Below are positions 11,778-24,417 of a stretch of 64,000 nt of DNA, piece after piece. Origin of the DNA: Eledone cirrhosa (taxonomy: Eukaryota). The stretch covers positions 29,326,001-29,390,000 of the forward strand of contig OZ024750.1 of the NCBI GenBank assembly GCA_964016885.1, read 5' to 3'. Under the pieces are notes generated by a model. That model did not search any database. It was not told the DNA's origin and worked only from the letters and a program-made list of their open reading frames with translations. A program made the position numbers and the translations under genes. Every line of letters begins with the position of its first letter. The first letter of the stretch is position 1.

Positions 11778-12681
11778 TATATATAAAGCCCATTGCCACA
11801 AAACTTTTAAACCAGCAAAAATCAAATACAGCAATAAGAGGATGCTTTTGTAATCTTTATTTGTTTACAAATAAAATATAGAATTTCACCAAAATATTAC
11901 ATCAAATGAGAGCAAGGAAGCCAAGGAAATATTATGATGCTGCCACAGCAATTCTTTCTAGAATTATTCCAATGTTTGGTATATGTTAGACACAGCAGTT
12001 CTTTCTAGAATTATTTCAATGTTTGGTATATGGCCTCACTTTATATTTTTCTTCTTTCAAAACAATATACTAAATAAACTAGTAATTATAAAAAAATAAA
12101 AGTATAATGTTAGTGTCATCTTTCACCTTGTTCTTGTTATTTGTATTTTCAGGGGTTGTTTTTTTTTTTTTTTTTTTTTTTTTTTGTTTTTATTTCTTTT
12201 CTTTGAGGAATAAAAAAAAAAAAAATTACAGGTCATTAATAGATTAATTTTTTTACAGAAGAGATTGACCTCGTATATAATTTGGTGTGCATGAGTATGT
12301 GTATATATATGTATAGGTGAATATGTGTATGTATAGGTGTATCTTGACCAAATGAGCATAGATCAAGTATTATATTTATTATTATACAGCTAAATCTATT
12401 AGAGATACAATAGCTCAGAGGTTAAGATAGTGTTAGTTGCTATGTCCCCACCCCCTTAGAAAAAGGGGAGATAAAAAGTAGAAGGAAACATGTACAACTC
12501 TATACTTCTCTTTAATTTATTATTATTATTATTATTATTATAGAAAAAAAAAATGTTTTTCCAATAAGAAAATCTGTAAATATATAAATAACAATAATTA
12601 AAAATTAAACAAAAATAAAAAAAAAAAGTTCAATCAAATAGTGAATAGAAGTTTTTTTTTTATTGTTTTTTTAAAGTCTTT

Positions 12682-13212
12682 TTATTCTGCTGGAGTCTCA
12701 CCATTGTTGCTGTGTGGTGAGTTGTCCAAATCAGTTGATAAATCAACCAAGTCTGAAACTTCATGTACAATCACTTCAGTCGTATTAACATTTATAGCAT
12801 CTACCTCACCTGTGTCACTGTTGAAGTCGTTAACTCCATTGCCGTTTTCAACAGAAATATTCGATGTCTTCTCTGACAATTCTTCAACATTATTTACCAC
12901 TTCCTGAACTTCCACTTCCACTCCATCATTCATGTTGTCTATCTCATCATTTCCTTGTTCTTCTTCTTCTTCTTCTTCTTGTTCTGGTTCTTCTGGTTTG
13001 AAGTCCAATACAATGTCGTTTGGAATTGTAAGTGTTGTTGTCTCTTTCATAAGAGTTGCTTCTATTCCATGGACTTGAGCTTTCTTCTGATAATGACCAA
13101 TAATGACAGGATCCGTTGGGCAGGTGTTAATGAATGCCTCAGCTTTGTAAGCATTTTCAATGTACCTCCACAAATAAACCAAGTCATGTGGGATATCATA
13201 ACCCTTCAGTTT
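12682..13212 (-). CDS. Clic: CLIC homolog, last exon (KLKGYDIPHDLVYLWRYIENAYKAEAFINTCPTDPVIIGHY... plus acidic tail)
   Basis: Acceptor ctctttccag, in frame with ORF 12682..13182. IP..L..LWRY..AY..EAF..TCP.D..I..HY motif. 531 nt including stop. Confidence 0.93.
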   Translation of the reverse strand, partial: KLKGYDIPHDLVYLWRYIENAYKAEAFINTCPTDPVIIGHYQKKAQVHGIEATLMKETTTLTIPNDIVLDFKPEEPEQEEEEEEEQGNDEIDNMNDGVEVEVQEVVNNVEELSEKTSNISVENGNGVNDFNSDTGEVDAINVNTTEVIVHEVSDLVDLSTDLDNSPHSNNGETPAE

Positions 13213-13277
13213 CTGGAAAGAGAGGTTTGAACATTTAGGAAAGAAGGAAGAAGGGGGAGAAAGAGAGAGGGTATATA

Positions 13278-14130
13278 TAGAGAGAAAGAGTGATAGAGAA
13301 AGTGAATGAGAGAGAAAGAGTGATAGAGAAAGTGATTGAGAGAGAAAGAGTGATAGAGAAAGTGATTGAGAGAGAAAGAGTGATAGAGAAAGTGATTGAG
13401 AGAGAGAAAGAGTGATAGAGAAAGTGATTGAGAGAGAGAGAAAGAGTGATAGAGAAAGTGATTGAGAGAGAAAGAGTGATAGAGAAAGTGATTGAGAGAG
13501 AGAAAGAGTGATAGAGAAAGTGATTGAGAGAGAAAGAGTGATAGAGAAAGTGATTGAGAGAGAGAAAGAGTGATAGAGAAAGTGATTGAGAGAGAGAGAA
13601 TGAGAGAGAGAAAGTGATTGAGAGAGAGAAAGTGATAGAGAAAGTGATTGAGAGAGAAAGAGTGATAGAGAAAGTGATTGAGAGAGAGAAAGAGTGATAG
13701 AGAAAGTGATTGAGAGAGAGAGAAAGAGTGATAGAGAAAGTGATTGAGAGAGAGAGAAAGAGTGATAGAGAAAGTGAATGAGAGAGAAAGAGTGATAGAG
13801 AAAGTGATTGAGAGAGAGAAAGAGTGATAGAGAAAGTGATTGAGAGAGAAAGAGTGATAGAGAAAGTGATTGAGAGAGAGAAAGAGTGATAGAGAAAGTG
13901 ATTGAGAGAGAGAGAATGAGAGAGAGAAAGTGATTGAGAGAGAGAAAGTGATAGAGAAAGTGATTGAGAGAGAAAGAGTGATAGAGAAAGTGATTGATAG
14001 AGAAAGTGATTGAGAGAGAGAAAGAGTGATAGAGAAAGTGATTGAGAGAGAAAGTGATAGAGAAAGTGATTGAGAGAAAGAGAGAGTGTTTATGTGAGAA
14101 AGAGAGAAAGAGTGATAGAGAGAGTGTGTG
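13278..14130. repeat. GA-rich minisatellite, unit about 28-32 bp
   Basis: Unit (ga)n-aagagtgatagagaaagtgatt. Confidence 0.95.
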
Positions 14131-15425
14131 TGTGAGAAAGAAAGAAAGTTAAATTAAATTGAATTATAAAACAAAAGTTAATAAGTTGACCTTTATAGCA
14201 GATCAGGTCACCATTGTAGAAGTGGTTCAAAGTAAAGTTTGTTCCAAGGCCAGAGGCTCATCAGACTGGAGCTTATCCCAGTTTTATTGGTGCTAACCAA
14301 CTGCGAGAACATAACTACACACCTGGACAGGATGCCAGTCCATTGCAAGGTAAATCTCCAGCAGCTACTAAAACATAATTTTTCAGCTGAGTAACCTGAA
14401 GCAACATAAAAATGAAGTAATTTGCTCAAGGTATACTGTACCACCTCTTGACTTGTCTCATAACATGACAGTTCATCTAACTCATGCAATCATAGAAAAT
14501 GGACATTAAATGAGGATGCTGATGATAGAGATATATACACACGCGCATGCGTGTGTGTGCGTGCGTGTGCGCGTACGTATGCATTTATGATGATGATCAT
14601 CACTATTTTCCATGCTAGATGATATCATGTTCTGAAGCTAGACCAGTAAGGTTACTCTGTCTTGTTCATATATTCCATTTTTGGCTTGGTCTCTACGACT
14701 GGATGCCCTTCCTAATGTCAACTTCTTTACAGCTTATACTGGAATTATTTTATTGTGAATCCAGCACCACAACCATCATACAAGAGGAACTGGGTTCTTT
14801 TCTTTGTGGCACCAGAACTACAACTTTACAGAGTGGGCTGGGTACATTTTTATCATGTCACCATCACTGGGGAGGCATTAATAAGAGTGTGTGTGACGGG
14901 GGAGAGAGCTATACCTCCTGATGATGTCACTACGGTGTACCTGAGACTCCATCATCATCATCATCATTTTACGTCCGCTTTTCCCTGCTTGCAAGGGTGG
15001 GACGGGAACCGGTTCTGGCTTGATTTCTACAGCTGGATGCCCTTCCTAACACCAACCTCATTTACAGTGTGGGCTGGGTGCTTTTTTTCCGTGGCACCTC
15101 CACGGACCACTTTACAGTGGAATGATATGGAGCCCAGTCCTATCATCTCATTTCTACAGCTGAGTGAACTGGAGCAATGTGAAATAAAGTGTCTTGCTCA
15201 AGGAAACAACACATCACCCGGTCTGAGAATTGAACTCACAACTTTTCGATTGCAAGGCCAATGCTCTAACCACTAAACCATGTGCCTCCATACATACAGC
15301 ATATATTAGTCATTTCAAAGCTGACAAAGTCCACTCCTCAACTGTCATCTGATTAATCTGTTTAATAAAACACAAATATAAACAAGATATATTAAAAGAA
15401 AATCTAAGTAAAAAAACAAACTTAC

Positions 15426-15596
15426 TTTGCCAGCCAACTTGACATGGTGTAAACGAGGCAGTAGGACACAATCCGCATAGGTCAATTGATCACCAATTAT
15501 AAACTTGGTTCCGTTCTCTTTCAGATGGTCGTTTAAATTACGCATTATGTCGCTCAGTTTTTTTGAATGACCAGTTGTGAGGAATGTGTTGAAGAG
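15426..15596 (-). CDS. Clic: CLIC homolog, middle exon (LFNTFLTTGHSKKLSDIMRNLNDHLKENGTKFIIGDQLTYADCVLLPRLHHVKLAGK)
   Basis: Acceptor tttgtag, donor gtaagt, 171 nt phase 0/0. F..GD.LT.ADC.LLP.LH is the CLIC/GST C-domain signature. Confidence 0.95.
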
Positions 15597-15779
15597 CTAC
15601 AAATTAAAAATATATATAAAGGATAAAAAACATTTAGTAATTGAAATGAAAAAACAATGTCTCTGATCAAGATGAAGCGAGAGTGTATATGAATACATAT
15701 AAAAATGAGAAAACTCATTGCTAGAACAGCCGTTAAAACAGTTTAATAAATAATAATGGGGGGAGGTGAAAGCTTATTA

Positions 15780-16520
15780 CATGGACCCCAGTGTGCTATT
15801 GGTACTTTATTTTATCAACCCCGTAATGATGAAAGGCAGTATTTGAACTCAAAATGTAAAGGGAGGTAACTATGCCATGAAGCACGTTGTCGACTACCAG
15901 TTACTGCCAATCCACTACCCTATTTAAAATAAATAATAATTGTTTCTACATTTGGCACAAGGCCAGCAATTACCCATTGCATTACTGGTACTTTATTTTA
16001 TCGACCCCGTAAGGATGAAAGGCAAAGTTAACCTCGGCGGGATTTGAACTCAGATCGTAAAGGGACGTAACTATGCTGCAAAGCATGGCTTCCGACCCTC
16101 TACCGATACTGCCAATAAATAATAATAATAATTGTTTCTACTTTTGGCAGATGGCCAACAATTTGAAGGGAAGGGGAAAGGTGATTAAATTGGCCCTAAT
16201 GTGTTACTGGTACTTTATTTTATCAACCCTAGTAGAATGAAAAGCAAAGCTAACTTTGGTGTGATTGGAACTCAGAACGTAGAAGATTATAACTAAACAC
16301 CACAAAGTATTTTGTCTGACACTCTACTGATACTGCCATAATAATAATGGTTTCTTATATAGGCACAAGGCCAGCAATTTTGGGGGGAGGGGAAAGTCGA
16401 TAAAATCGACCCCAGTGCGTGACTGGTACTTTATTTTATTGACCCCGTAAGGATGAAAGGCAAAGTTAACCTCGGCGGGATTTGAACTCAGATCATAAAG
16501 GACCGTAACTCTATGCTGCC
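15780..16520 (-). mobile_element. Cluster of about 4 family A SINE copies
   Basis: Repeated reverse-complement core gtactttattttatcgaccccgtaaggatgaaaggc. Confidence 0.8.
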
Positions 16521-16529
16521 ATAATAATA

Positions 16530-17380
16530 ATGCTTTCTTTATTAGCCACACAGGGCTCATATTAAGAAGACATTAAAGACAGTACAGGATGGTACAGTGT
16601 GGGTATTTTTGTGTAAAATAGAATTTATAACAGAGATTAAGAAAATAAACATTAAAAAAACAACAACAAATTCCCCACAGGTGAGGAGACTCCAAGGGTT
16701 ACTCGTGGAGAAAGACCACAAAAGCCACGGTCACGCTGACCACTAGGGCAAGCGCCCTTTCCCAGTTGTCCTCCTTTAATACTACAGGCACACACTCCAG
16801 GCAGGCCCATTCACACAGCTCAATTCTTGCCTCTCTCACCCACCTTTCAACAAACTTCCTTCTCCACCCAGACTTTCCATCTCAGATGAAACCAGAAAAA
16901 TTTAATGAGAGCATCGCTGAAGAGGAAAGTGCCCTTCTTCAACCCTTTCAGACGCGTTCACCATACAACCTCCTTCACCATTGCCCAAGGCAGATTAAAA
17001 CTGCTGCCATTCCTGGTTAAAAAGCAGGGCGGCAGGGCAATTTTCACGATGGACTCAGCTGATAGCCAGATCCGTCCTACACGTGACAGCAGATGTTCGA
17101 CATAAACCCACAAATCAGTGATACTCGAACACTGGACAAGTGGATGCAGGACGGTCTTATTGCCCTGCATGCATCTCGGACATGCCCAGCTGATGACACT
17201 TTCATGCCTGTAAAGTTTATCTCAAACTGACAACATTCCTGCCAGGCCAGGGATTTCTGGAAGTTATCCATTGACCCTGGACAGAAAGTCACCTGGAAGA
17301 TAATAGCTAGTTGGATTTCGTCGGCAGCCAGAGTTTCCCTAAAAATGTCGTCACTCTTGTTCTCCACTAACCCTCTATAG
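16530..17380 (-). mobile_element. Decayed L1/Tx1-type LINE 3' end
   Basis: CPRC....TVLHPLVQC (CCHC) C-terminal motif, AMVKEVVW, followed by a 3' UTR and tail. Confidence 0.65.
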
Positions 17381-18125
17381 AAAGCCAAAGATGGAATTTT
17401 TACACCAATCACAAAGTCCGATTGGCAAAGGACAGTAAGCTCTTGGAGACATTCCAGTAATGTCAATGCTAAAGGGTTAAGGTGGCATGCAGTTAGTGTG
17501 AACCCCAAACCATTTGATTACAAAGCAAACTCAATCACACAGCTATATCTATGTGGAGGTGCTTGGCCTAGTGGTAAGGGTGTTGGACTTACAATCAAAA
17601 TATTATGGGTTTGATTCCTGGACTGGGTTGTGTATTGTGTTCTTGAGCAAAACACTCATTTCATGTTGCTCCAGTATACTCAGCTGAAAAAGAACGCCAG
17701 CAATAATAGCTGGAGGTTTAACCCTGTGATGGACTAGTATCCTGTCCAGGGGGAAGTCTTGTACTCTCAGTCGTGTAATGCCACAGAACCGGGATAAGCA
17801 CTGGGCTGATGAGTACTGGGCTCAAGAAAGACTTTAGACTTTTAGACTTATATCTAAGCCTTGAGTCAGTAAAACAAACCTTAAGTAATAATTAGATCCC
17901 TAGTCCAACACTAGTTTCTGCTACCTTGCTGCAGCTAAACACTAAAATATAACCAACACAACAGATTAAAAATAAAATGTTTATGGACAACACCAGGCCG
18001 GTGCAGCGGGTGTGCTGGACATTCTCCACAGCAATGCTTTCACCATTTTTCTGAGGGGTGCAGCTGAAACACTGTTCAAACTGGGGTGTAGAATCTGTCG
18101 CTCCCTCCCTCTTTTTTTTCATTGC

Positions 18126-18337
18126 TTAACCTTTTAGCATTTGCATTACTCTATATTTACCATTATATTTTCATAGTAAACACTTTATCTCACATGATAT
18201 CGAATCTATGAGATTTTGATATTTATTTTGAGAACATAACTTAACATCAGTATGAGTGGCCGGTTACAGCCGGTTTGAACAGAAAGAGGTGATAGAATTC
18301 TGGCCAGATACGGCTGGTTTAAATGCTAAAGGGTTAA
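18126..18337. mobile_element. TTAA MITE copy
   Basis: TTAA-ccttttagcatt...aatgctaaaggg-TTAA. Confidence 0.85.
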
Positions 18338-21300
18338 TTCTTTTTTCTCTTTTTCCTTTCCTTGTTGCCATTTATATTTTACAGTTTGTATCACATTTTC
18401 CCTTTAATTTAATAAAATTTACTTTAAAAAAACACAACTAAACATGTTTTATGTACGTCTGTTGCCGCTAACTGCAGATTAGTGCAGCCTGTAGTCATGG
18501 CAACAGACAGAATACATGTTACGTCCTGACTTAAGTTGCTGTTTTTAGACTTAAATCTTTATATTAAAATCATACGGGGAATGGAGGGGAGTGTTGCACT
18601 TCCTTTACTTTTATCTTCTCCAAATAATTGTTTCTACTTTTGGCACAAGGCCAGCAATTACCCCAGTGCATTACTGGTGCTTTATTTTAAGGATGAAAGT
18701 TAACCTCGGTGGGATTTGAACTCAGAATGTAAAGGGCCATAACTATGGTGAAAACCATGATGTCTGATGCACTGCCAATTGGTAGAGCGTAGAAAACAGA
18801 CGTAAAAATGATGATGATGATGATGCAAAAGACAACAGCCAACAAAGTGGAAACATAAGCTTAAGTAAATCTATTCCACATGCCACAAACATAAATGTGG
18901 AGGTGCACGTCAGTGGTAAAGGTGTTGGACTTACGGTCCTAATGCTGTGGGTTCGATTACTGGGCTGGGTTGTGTGTTGTGTTCTTGAGCAAAACACTTC
19001 ATTTCACGTTGCTCTACTCAGCTGAAAATGAGTACCAGCAATAGCTGGGGGTTTAACCCTGCGATGGACTGGTGTCCTGTACAGGAGGCAGTCTTAGTTG
19101 CTTCATGCCATGAAACTTGGATAAGCACCAGCTTGATGAGCCTTTAAGTTTGAGACAGACTTTAGACCAACATAAATGAAATTTAAGGGTCAGTCTGCCA
19201 TGGTCCCTTATAGTGGACAGGATAGAGAAGATTAACAGATTAACACATTTTAAAGTGTTGTTTGTAATGCAAATAGTGAACTATGAAGATTAACACGTTA
19301 AACAGTTAAAGTATGGAAGATAAGAGACATTAGAAGAAGAGGGGAAGAGAAGAGGAGAAAAGAAGAAGAGGAGAATGACTGTGAGAAAGAGATTATCTTA
19401 CACTGGCTCATTATAAGACAAGACAATCCTTAAGAGAGGAAATTGTTTGAACAATGCTGAAATATTTAAAGTATTAAAGGTGCAGCATGGACTAATAAAT
19501 AAAGAAAAGAGAAGACAACAAGCTGGGGAGAAGGGAGTAGAGGTGATAAAAAACAGCTAAATTGTAGTAAATATATAAAAATATAAAATTCTATTTTAAT
19601 GAAAAACACCACCATAATGTGTGTGTGTGGTGTCAGCAGTGCTGAGACCAGGGAGATCACTAACCATAGGAGTACTCAATGCATGGGGAGATGCAGAGTG
19701 GGTATAGAGATATATAAAATCCTGACCACAACACCAAGGGGTTTTCTGCAAGCCTTTTCAGGAGTGTAGACTATATCAGAGTCATTTTTTTTATTATCAT
19801 AATCTGGCTAAATAGGAAAAGTGAAGCTAAGATCAAAATACTTCTTAGAATTTAATGGTATCAATTTTTTCATTATAATCTGGGCATGAGGGTGGTTGAT
19901 TGGCAGAATCGGAAGAGCGTCGAACACCATGCTTTGCAGCACAGAGTTACAGTCCTTTACGTTCCGAGTTCATATCCTACCGAGGTTAGCTTTGCCTTTC
20001 ATCCTTACAGGGTCAATAAAATAAAGCACTAGTAATGCACTGGGGTCGATTTAATCGACCCCCCCCCCCCCCCTCTCCAAATTGCTGGCCTTGTGCCTAT
20101 AGTAGAAATCAGTATTATAATCTGGGCCAATAGGAGAAGTGAAGCTAAGATCAAAATACTTCTTTAAAATTGATACCATTAGTATTTAAACAACAACCCT
20201 TGCCAGGAAGGAAAGCAGATGTTAAAACAATGATGATGATGCTCTTTTCTATTCATTTCTTGTCTTCACCAACAACTGATAATGTAGTATTTATAGTTCA
20301 CAACTGCAGCAATACTGTTCCGTTGTGTGAGGTGCTAAATCTTATCTCAAGTTGGGAAAATAACAAAAGACAGTATAAAATAAAGTTTTGGGTGGATTTA
20401 AAAAAAAAACAACCTAAAATTTCCTCAACATTACTCATACGAGAGATTTATCTAAGACTATTGTTTCGCCATTTTAGAAGTTGAAAATAAATATATGAAA
20501 ATATTTTCTAAGGAAGTGAGATTTGAGCAAGAGACAGTCATCTGATCTGACTTGTCTCACAATGGGACAACTTGTTTAACTCATGCTAGCATGGAAAAGT
20601 GGATGTTAAATGGAAGTGACGATGACGGTGGTAATGGTGATGGTGGTGACAACGATGACAGTGACAACTGCACAGAGCTAGATCAGATACTGCAAAGCAT
20701 CCTGTCTGACTCTTTAATAATTTAATTCCTTCAACTCACTGTCCCTAGAATGGTATTTTATTGGCCCCCAAATGTATGAAAGGGAGTGTTAATTTTGGTA
20801 GGATTTCAACTTGGAACACAGAAAACTGAAACAAATTCTGATGCTCTAATGACTCAGCAAATTTGACATTAGGGCTATGTAGGGCTCTGAAGCGTAAAAA
20901 CATTTGTTGTGACAAAACTTGTGTTGTTAAAAAAGCACCCAGTCCATCCTGTAAGGTGGCTGTTTTGGTGCCACAATAAAAGAAACACATCCAGTCAACA
21001 CTGTAGCATGGTTGGTGTTAGGAAGGGCTGTAGAAACCAAGCCACAAACACATCCATATGAACAAGACCTGGTCACTTGATTTGATTTGTTTCATCACAT
21101 CACAATCTGTCTTACTCATGCAAGCATGGATGATAGACATTAAATGGTCTTGGTGATGATGATGATAACACATGCTTTTGGGGAGTGGTCATGTGTCACT
21201 ACAGGTCTGAAACTGCGACATGAATGGAGGTAATGACTGGACATGTATGAGTCATTTAGACAAACTTTTCCATAGCATTTGAGGGAGGCAATCACCTGCT

Positions 21301-21674
21301 GAAGATGTGCTGCAGTGCAAAGTTATGTAATGTCTGCAGATATTACCTAACTACTGTGAATAACAGTTGCAGTTGGAAACTATTATGAACACTGTAGCAC
21401 AGAAACTGTTGACAGTCAGGGTTTATATGATATACAAATACCCACACGTAGTGGTTCACCTTACCGATTAAGGCATGTGTTATAGGTTTGTATTTCTAAT
21501 GTACAAACCTTGTAATATTCTTAAGTGATGGCCAGAGCTGTACTGGTTCTCTTTAACTAGCTTCATAAACACACACACACACATATATATGTATGTTCTT
21601 TTTACCTATATATAAGAAATTTTCAGAGAAAATTTTCTCATGTTCTAACTGTCCACAGAATATGAGAAAGCTTT

Positions 21675-21715
21675 TAAATATTTGATAAGATTGATATTCA
21701 TATTGAAACTGGTAA
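21675..21715 (+). ncRNA. Hammerhead motif with U3-A8 core, 3' strand of stem I displaced to 22465-22470 by a Helitron
   Basis: TAAATAT-TTGATAA-GAT TGA TAT TCA T ATT-GAA-ACTGGT-A-A|Helitron|TATTTG. Removing the insert restores a 7-bp stem I. Confidence 0.55.
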
Positions 21716-22002
21716 TCTATATATATAAAACTGAGGATGTCTGTCTGTCAGAGTTTGAATCCCTAAAACTAGAGAAGCACCCAACCGACTGTTTTCAAAC
21801 TTTACACATGTAATACTTATGTTTCAGGGAGTGTTCTGAGCAAAAAGATTTCAAATTTTCAATGCCCTAAGGACCGCATTAGGCGATCTCTCTCTATAAT
21901 TCTTAGTCTTTCTCTTTTTAGAAAGATACATACATATAACGTCACGCCCTTATAATATCTGTCTGTATGTCTGGCTGTCTGCATTACATCACTTCCCTGA
22001 GG

Positions 22003-22068
<66 letters not shown>

Positions 22069-22464
22069 CTGAGTGTCTGAGTTTGAATCCCTAAAACTCG
22101 AGAAGTACCAACCGATTTTTTTCAAACTTTACATGTGTATTTTACCGTGAGTAAAGAAAATACAACTTTTTTATGGCCTAGGTGTTTTTTTTTCCAGCTT
22201 TTTAGGGCTTTTTGGAGGCATTACGTCTAGCTGATTTTCCCAACTTTCAAGGCAAATAAAAAAAATTATTTTCTTGAACCCCTAGGTGAAAACCTGCATT
22301 TTTCCTGCTTCATCGAGGAAAATCTTAAAGATTATCCAGCCATCAGAGTATTCGGTTTATTTTCTTTACACATTGTCCAGGCATGCAGTTTTCCACAATT
22401 AGGTCTGTTGGCGGCCCGCGTTCCAAAATACCTTATCTTGTGCAATGTTGGGTACCACTACTAG
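21716..22464 (+). mobile_element. Non-autonomous Helitron
   Basis: 5' TCTATATATATAAAA, 3' CTAG, inserted between A and T with no TSD. Internal duplicated gagtttgaatccctaaaact block and (TG)n. Confidence 0.75.
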
Positions 22465-23446
22465 TATTTGATAAAATTTAAATACATTAATGTAACAATT
22501 ATAAAAATATTTATTCTTTGGATTAAAGAAACAAATAATCTTTAAATATACCCTGCGTTTTCTACTTTACTTTTTACCTATAATCTTCATTTTGTATAGA
22601 ACTTGCCCCATTTTCCAACTATATATAAAGACACCCTTCGGTCATGAACGACCATGGGATTTGTACCGAGAAAGTCCCCCGTCAAGGAACAACTCCAGGT
22701 AAGGTTGTTTGTTGAAGACTAGCAGTTGCCATTGCATACAAGTCTCTCCTCCCTATGACACTAATGTTGTCAACAGGAAAGGCAAAGGCCAATACAGTTT
22801 GGCACCAGAGATGTCGCAACTCATTTCTACAGCTGAGCAAACTGGAGCAACATGAAATAAAGTGGCTTGCTCAAGGACACAACGTATCAAACAGTCCAAT
22901 AATTGAACTCACAACCTCACTATTGCAAGACCAATGCTCTAATCACTAAGCAGTGCACCTCCACCAACTATATATATATATCATCATCATCATCATCATC
23001 ATCATTTAACGTCCATTTTTCACACAGGCATGGGTTAGATGAGCTGTCCTATTGTGAGACAAGCCAGGTCGGAAGACTGTGTTTTGCTCACACAGAACTG
23101 ATTTTGGCTTGGTTTCTTCGGTTGGATGCCCTTTCTAATGCCAACCACATTTACAGTGTGTGCTGGTTGCTTTTTGTCGTGACTCCTCATGACCACTTTA
23201 CAGTGTAGACTTTACGTTTTTATCGTGACTGCTACATGACCGCTTTACAGTATGGGCTGGATGTTTTTTATGATACCATAAACTTGAGTTTGTGGAAAAA
23301 TCACTGAGGCATCAATGTTGATGTTCAATATTTCATTTATCAATAATTATTAGTAATTTTAGTAATTCTAAGATGTCTTGATACAATGTAATAAACCAAA
23401 CAGAGGCCTTATCTAAACCAATAGAAGTGAGAATTTGTAAACTTAC

Positions 23447-23788
23447 CCTGTTAAGGTCGAGGAAAATATTGAGGGCTATAATCTGATCTGCAGCATCCAT
23501 TTTCAGTAAGGGGCATCTAAACTTCTGGAAGAACTGTTCAAGTTCACAGCTTTCATCAGCCACCATTCCTTCTACAGTGTCACCACTTTGTGCTTGCCCA
23601 GCAATACCAATGACAACTGGGAAAAGGCCACTAGAACTCTTTTCTCTGAGAATTTTAGGTGGGGAATTCTCTGGAACTGTAATCACTTTGAAACTGGCCA
23701 GTTTGTTCTCTGCCAGAATATAAGCCACCATATACCATTGTTGGCATAATGGACATGCTCCTTTGCTAACCTTGTCAATTACTGAGGC
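23447..23788 (-). CDS. Clic: Chloride intracellular channel (CLIC) homolog, N-terminal thioredoxin-domain exon (ASVIDKVSKGACPLCQQWYMVAYILAENKLASFKVITV...FLDLNR)
   Basis: Minus-strand acceptor ttttctag, donor gtaagt, 342 nt phase 0/0. AS.ID...KGAC..CQ...M..Y.LAE.K..S.KV.TV matches invertebrate CLICs. Confidence 0.92.
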
Positions 23789-24193
23789 CTAGAAAAAAAG
23801 AAAAAAAAAGAAACATTAACGTTATAGAATTATTACTGTAATAATAATAATTGTTTCTACTTTAGGCACAAGGCCAGCAATTACCCAGTGCATTACTGAT
23901 ACTTTATTTTATCAACCCCGTAAGGATGAAAGGCAAAGTCAACCTCGGCGGGATTTGAACTCAGACCGTAAAGGGACGTAACTATGCTGGAAAGCATGGC
24001 GTCCGACCCTCTACCGATACTGCCAATAAGAATGAGTTCTAATTTAGGCACAAGGCCAGTAATTTGGCAAGGAGGGGGAGAAGTGTTTCAGTAGATTGTG
24101 AAACTAACTAATCATTTGGAAGAATTTAATACAATCATCATCATCATCGTTTTTCCATCTGCTTTAAAAATGATGATTTATTTAACTTCTGTA

Positions 24194-24417
24194 CAAGGTG
24201 ACCACAAAAACACTCCTTGATTTCAAATACTTATATCAAAACTTAAATGAATATTCTTACAATATTGGTGGCTACAGTTGCATAAACTAACAAAGTTTCT
24301 TTCCTCATTTGCAGAATTGACTTGATCCACTAGATGGCAGTGTAATTCAAGATGGTGTTCGCTCCACAACAACGTAATGGTGTTTTTTTTGGGGTGGTGG
24401 GGTGGGGGGTCACCCTG
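24194..24417. mobile_element. Tc1/mariner-derived MITE
   Basis: TA-CA(A/G)GGTGACC...GGTCACCCTG-TA termini. Confidence 0.7.

Noticed and set aside
17803-17850. CTGATGA...GAAA in a SINE tail
   Set aside because: Other copies of this tail (19131, 42481) lack the core and the stems do not form.
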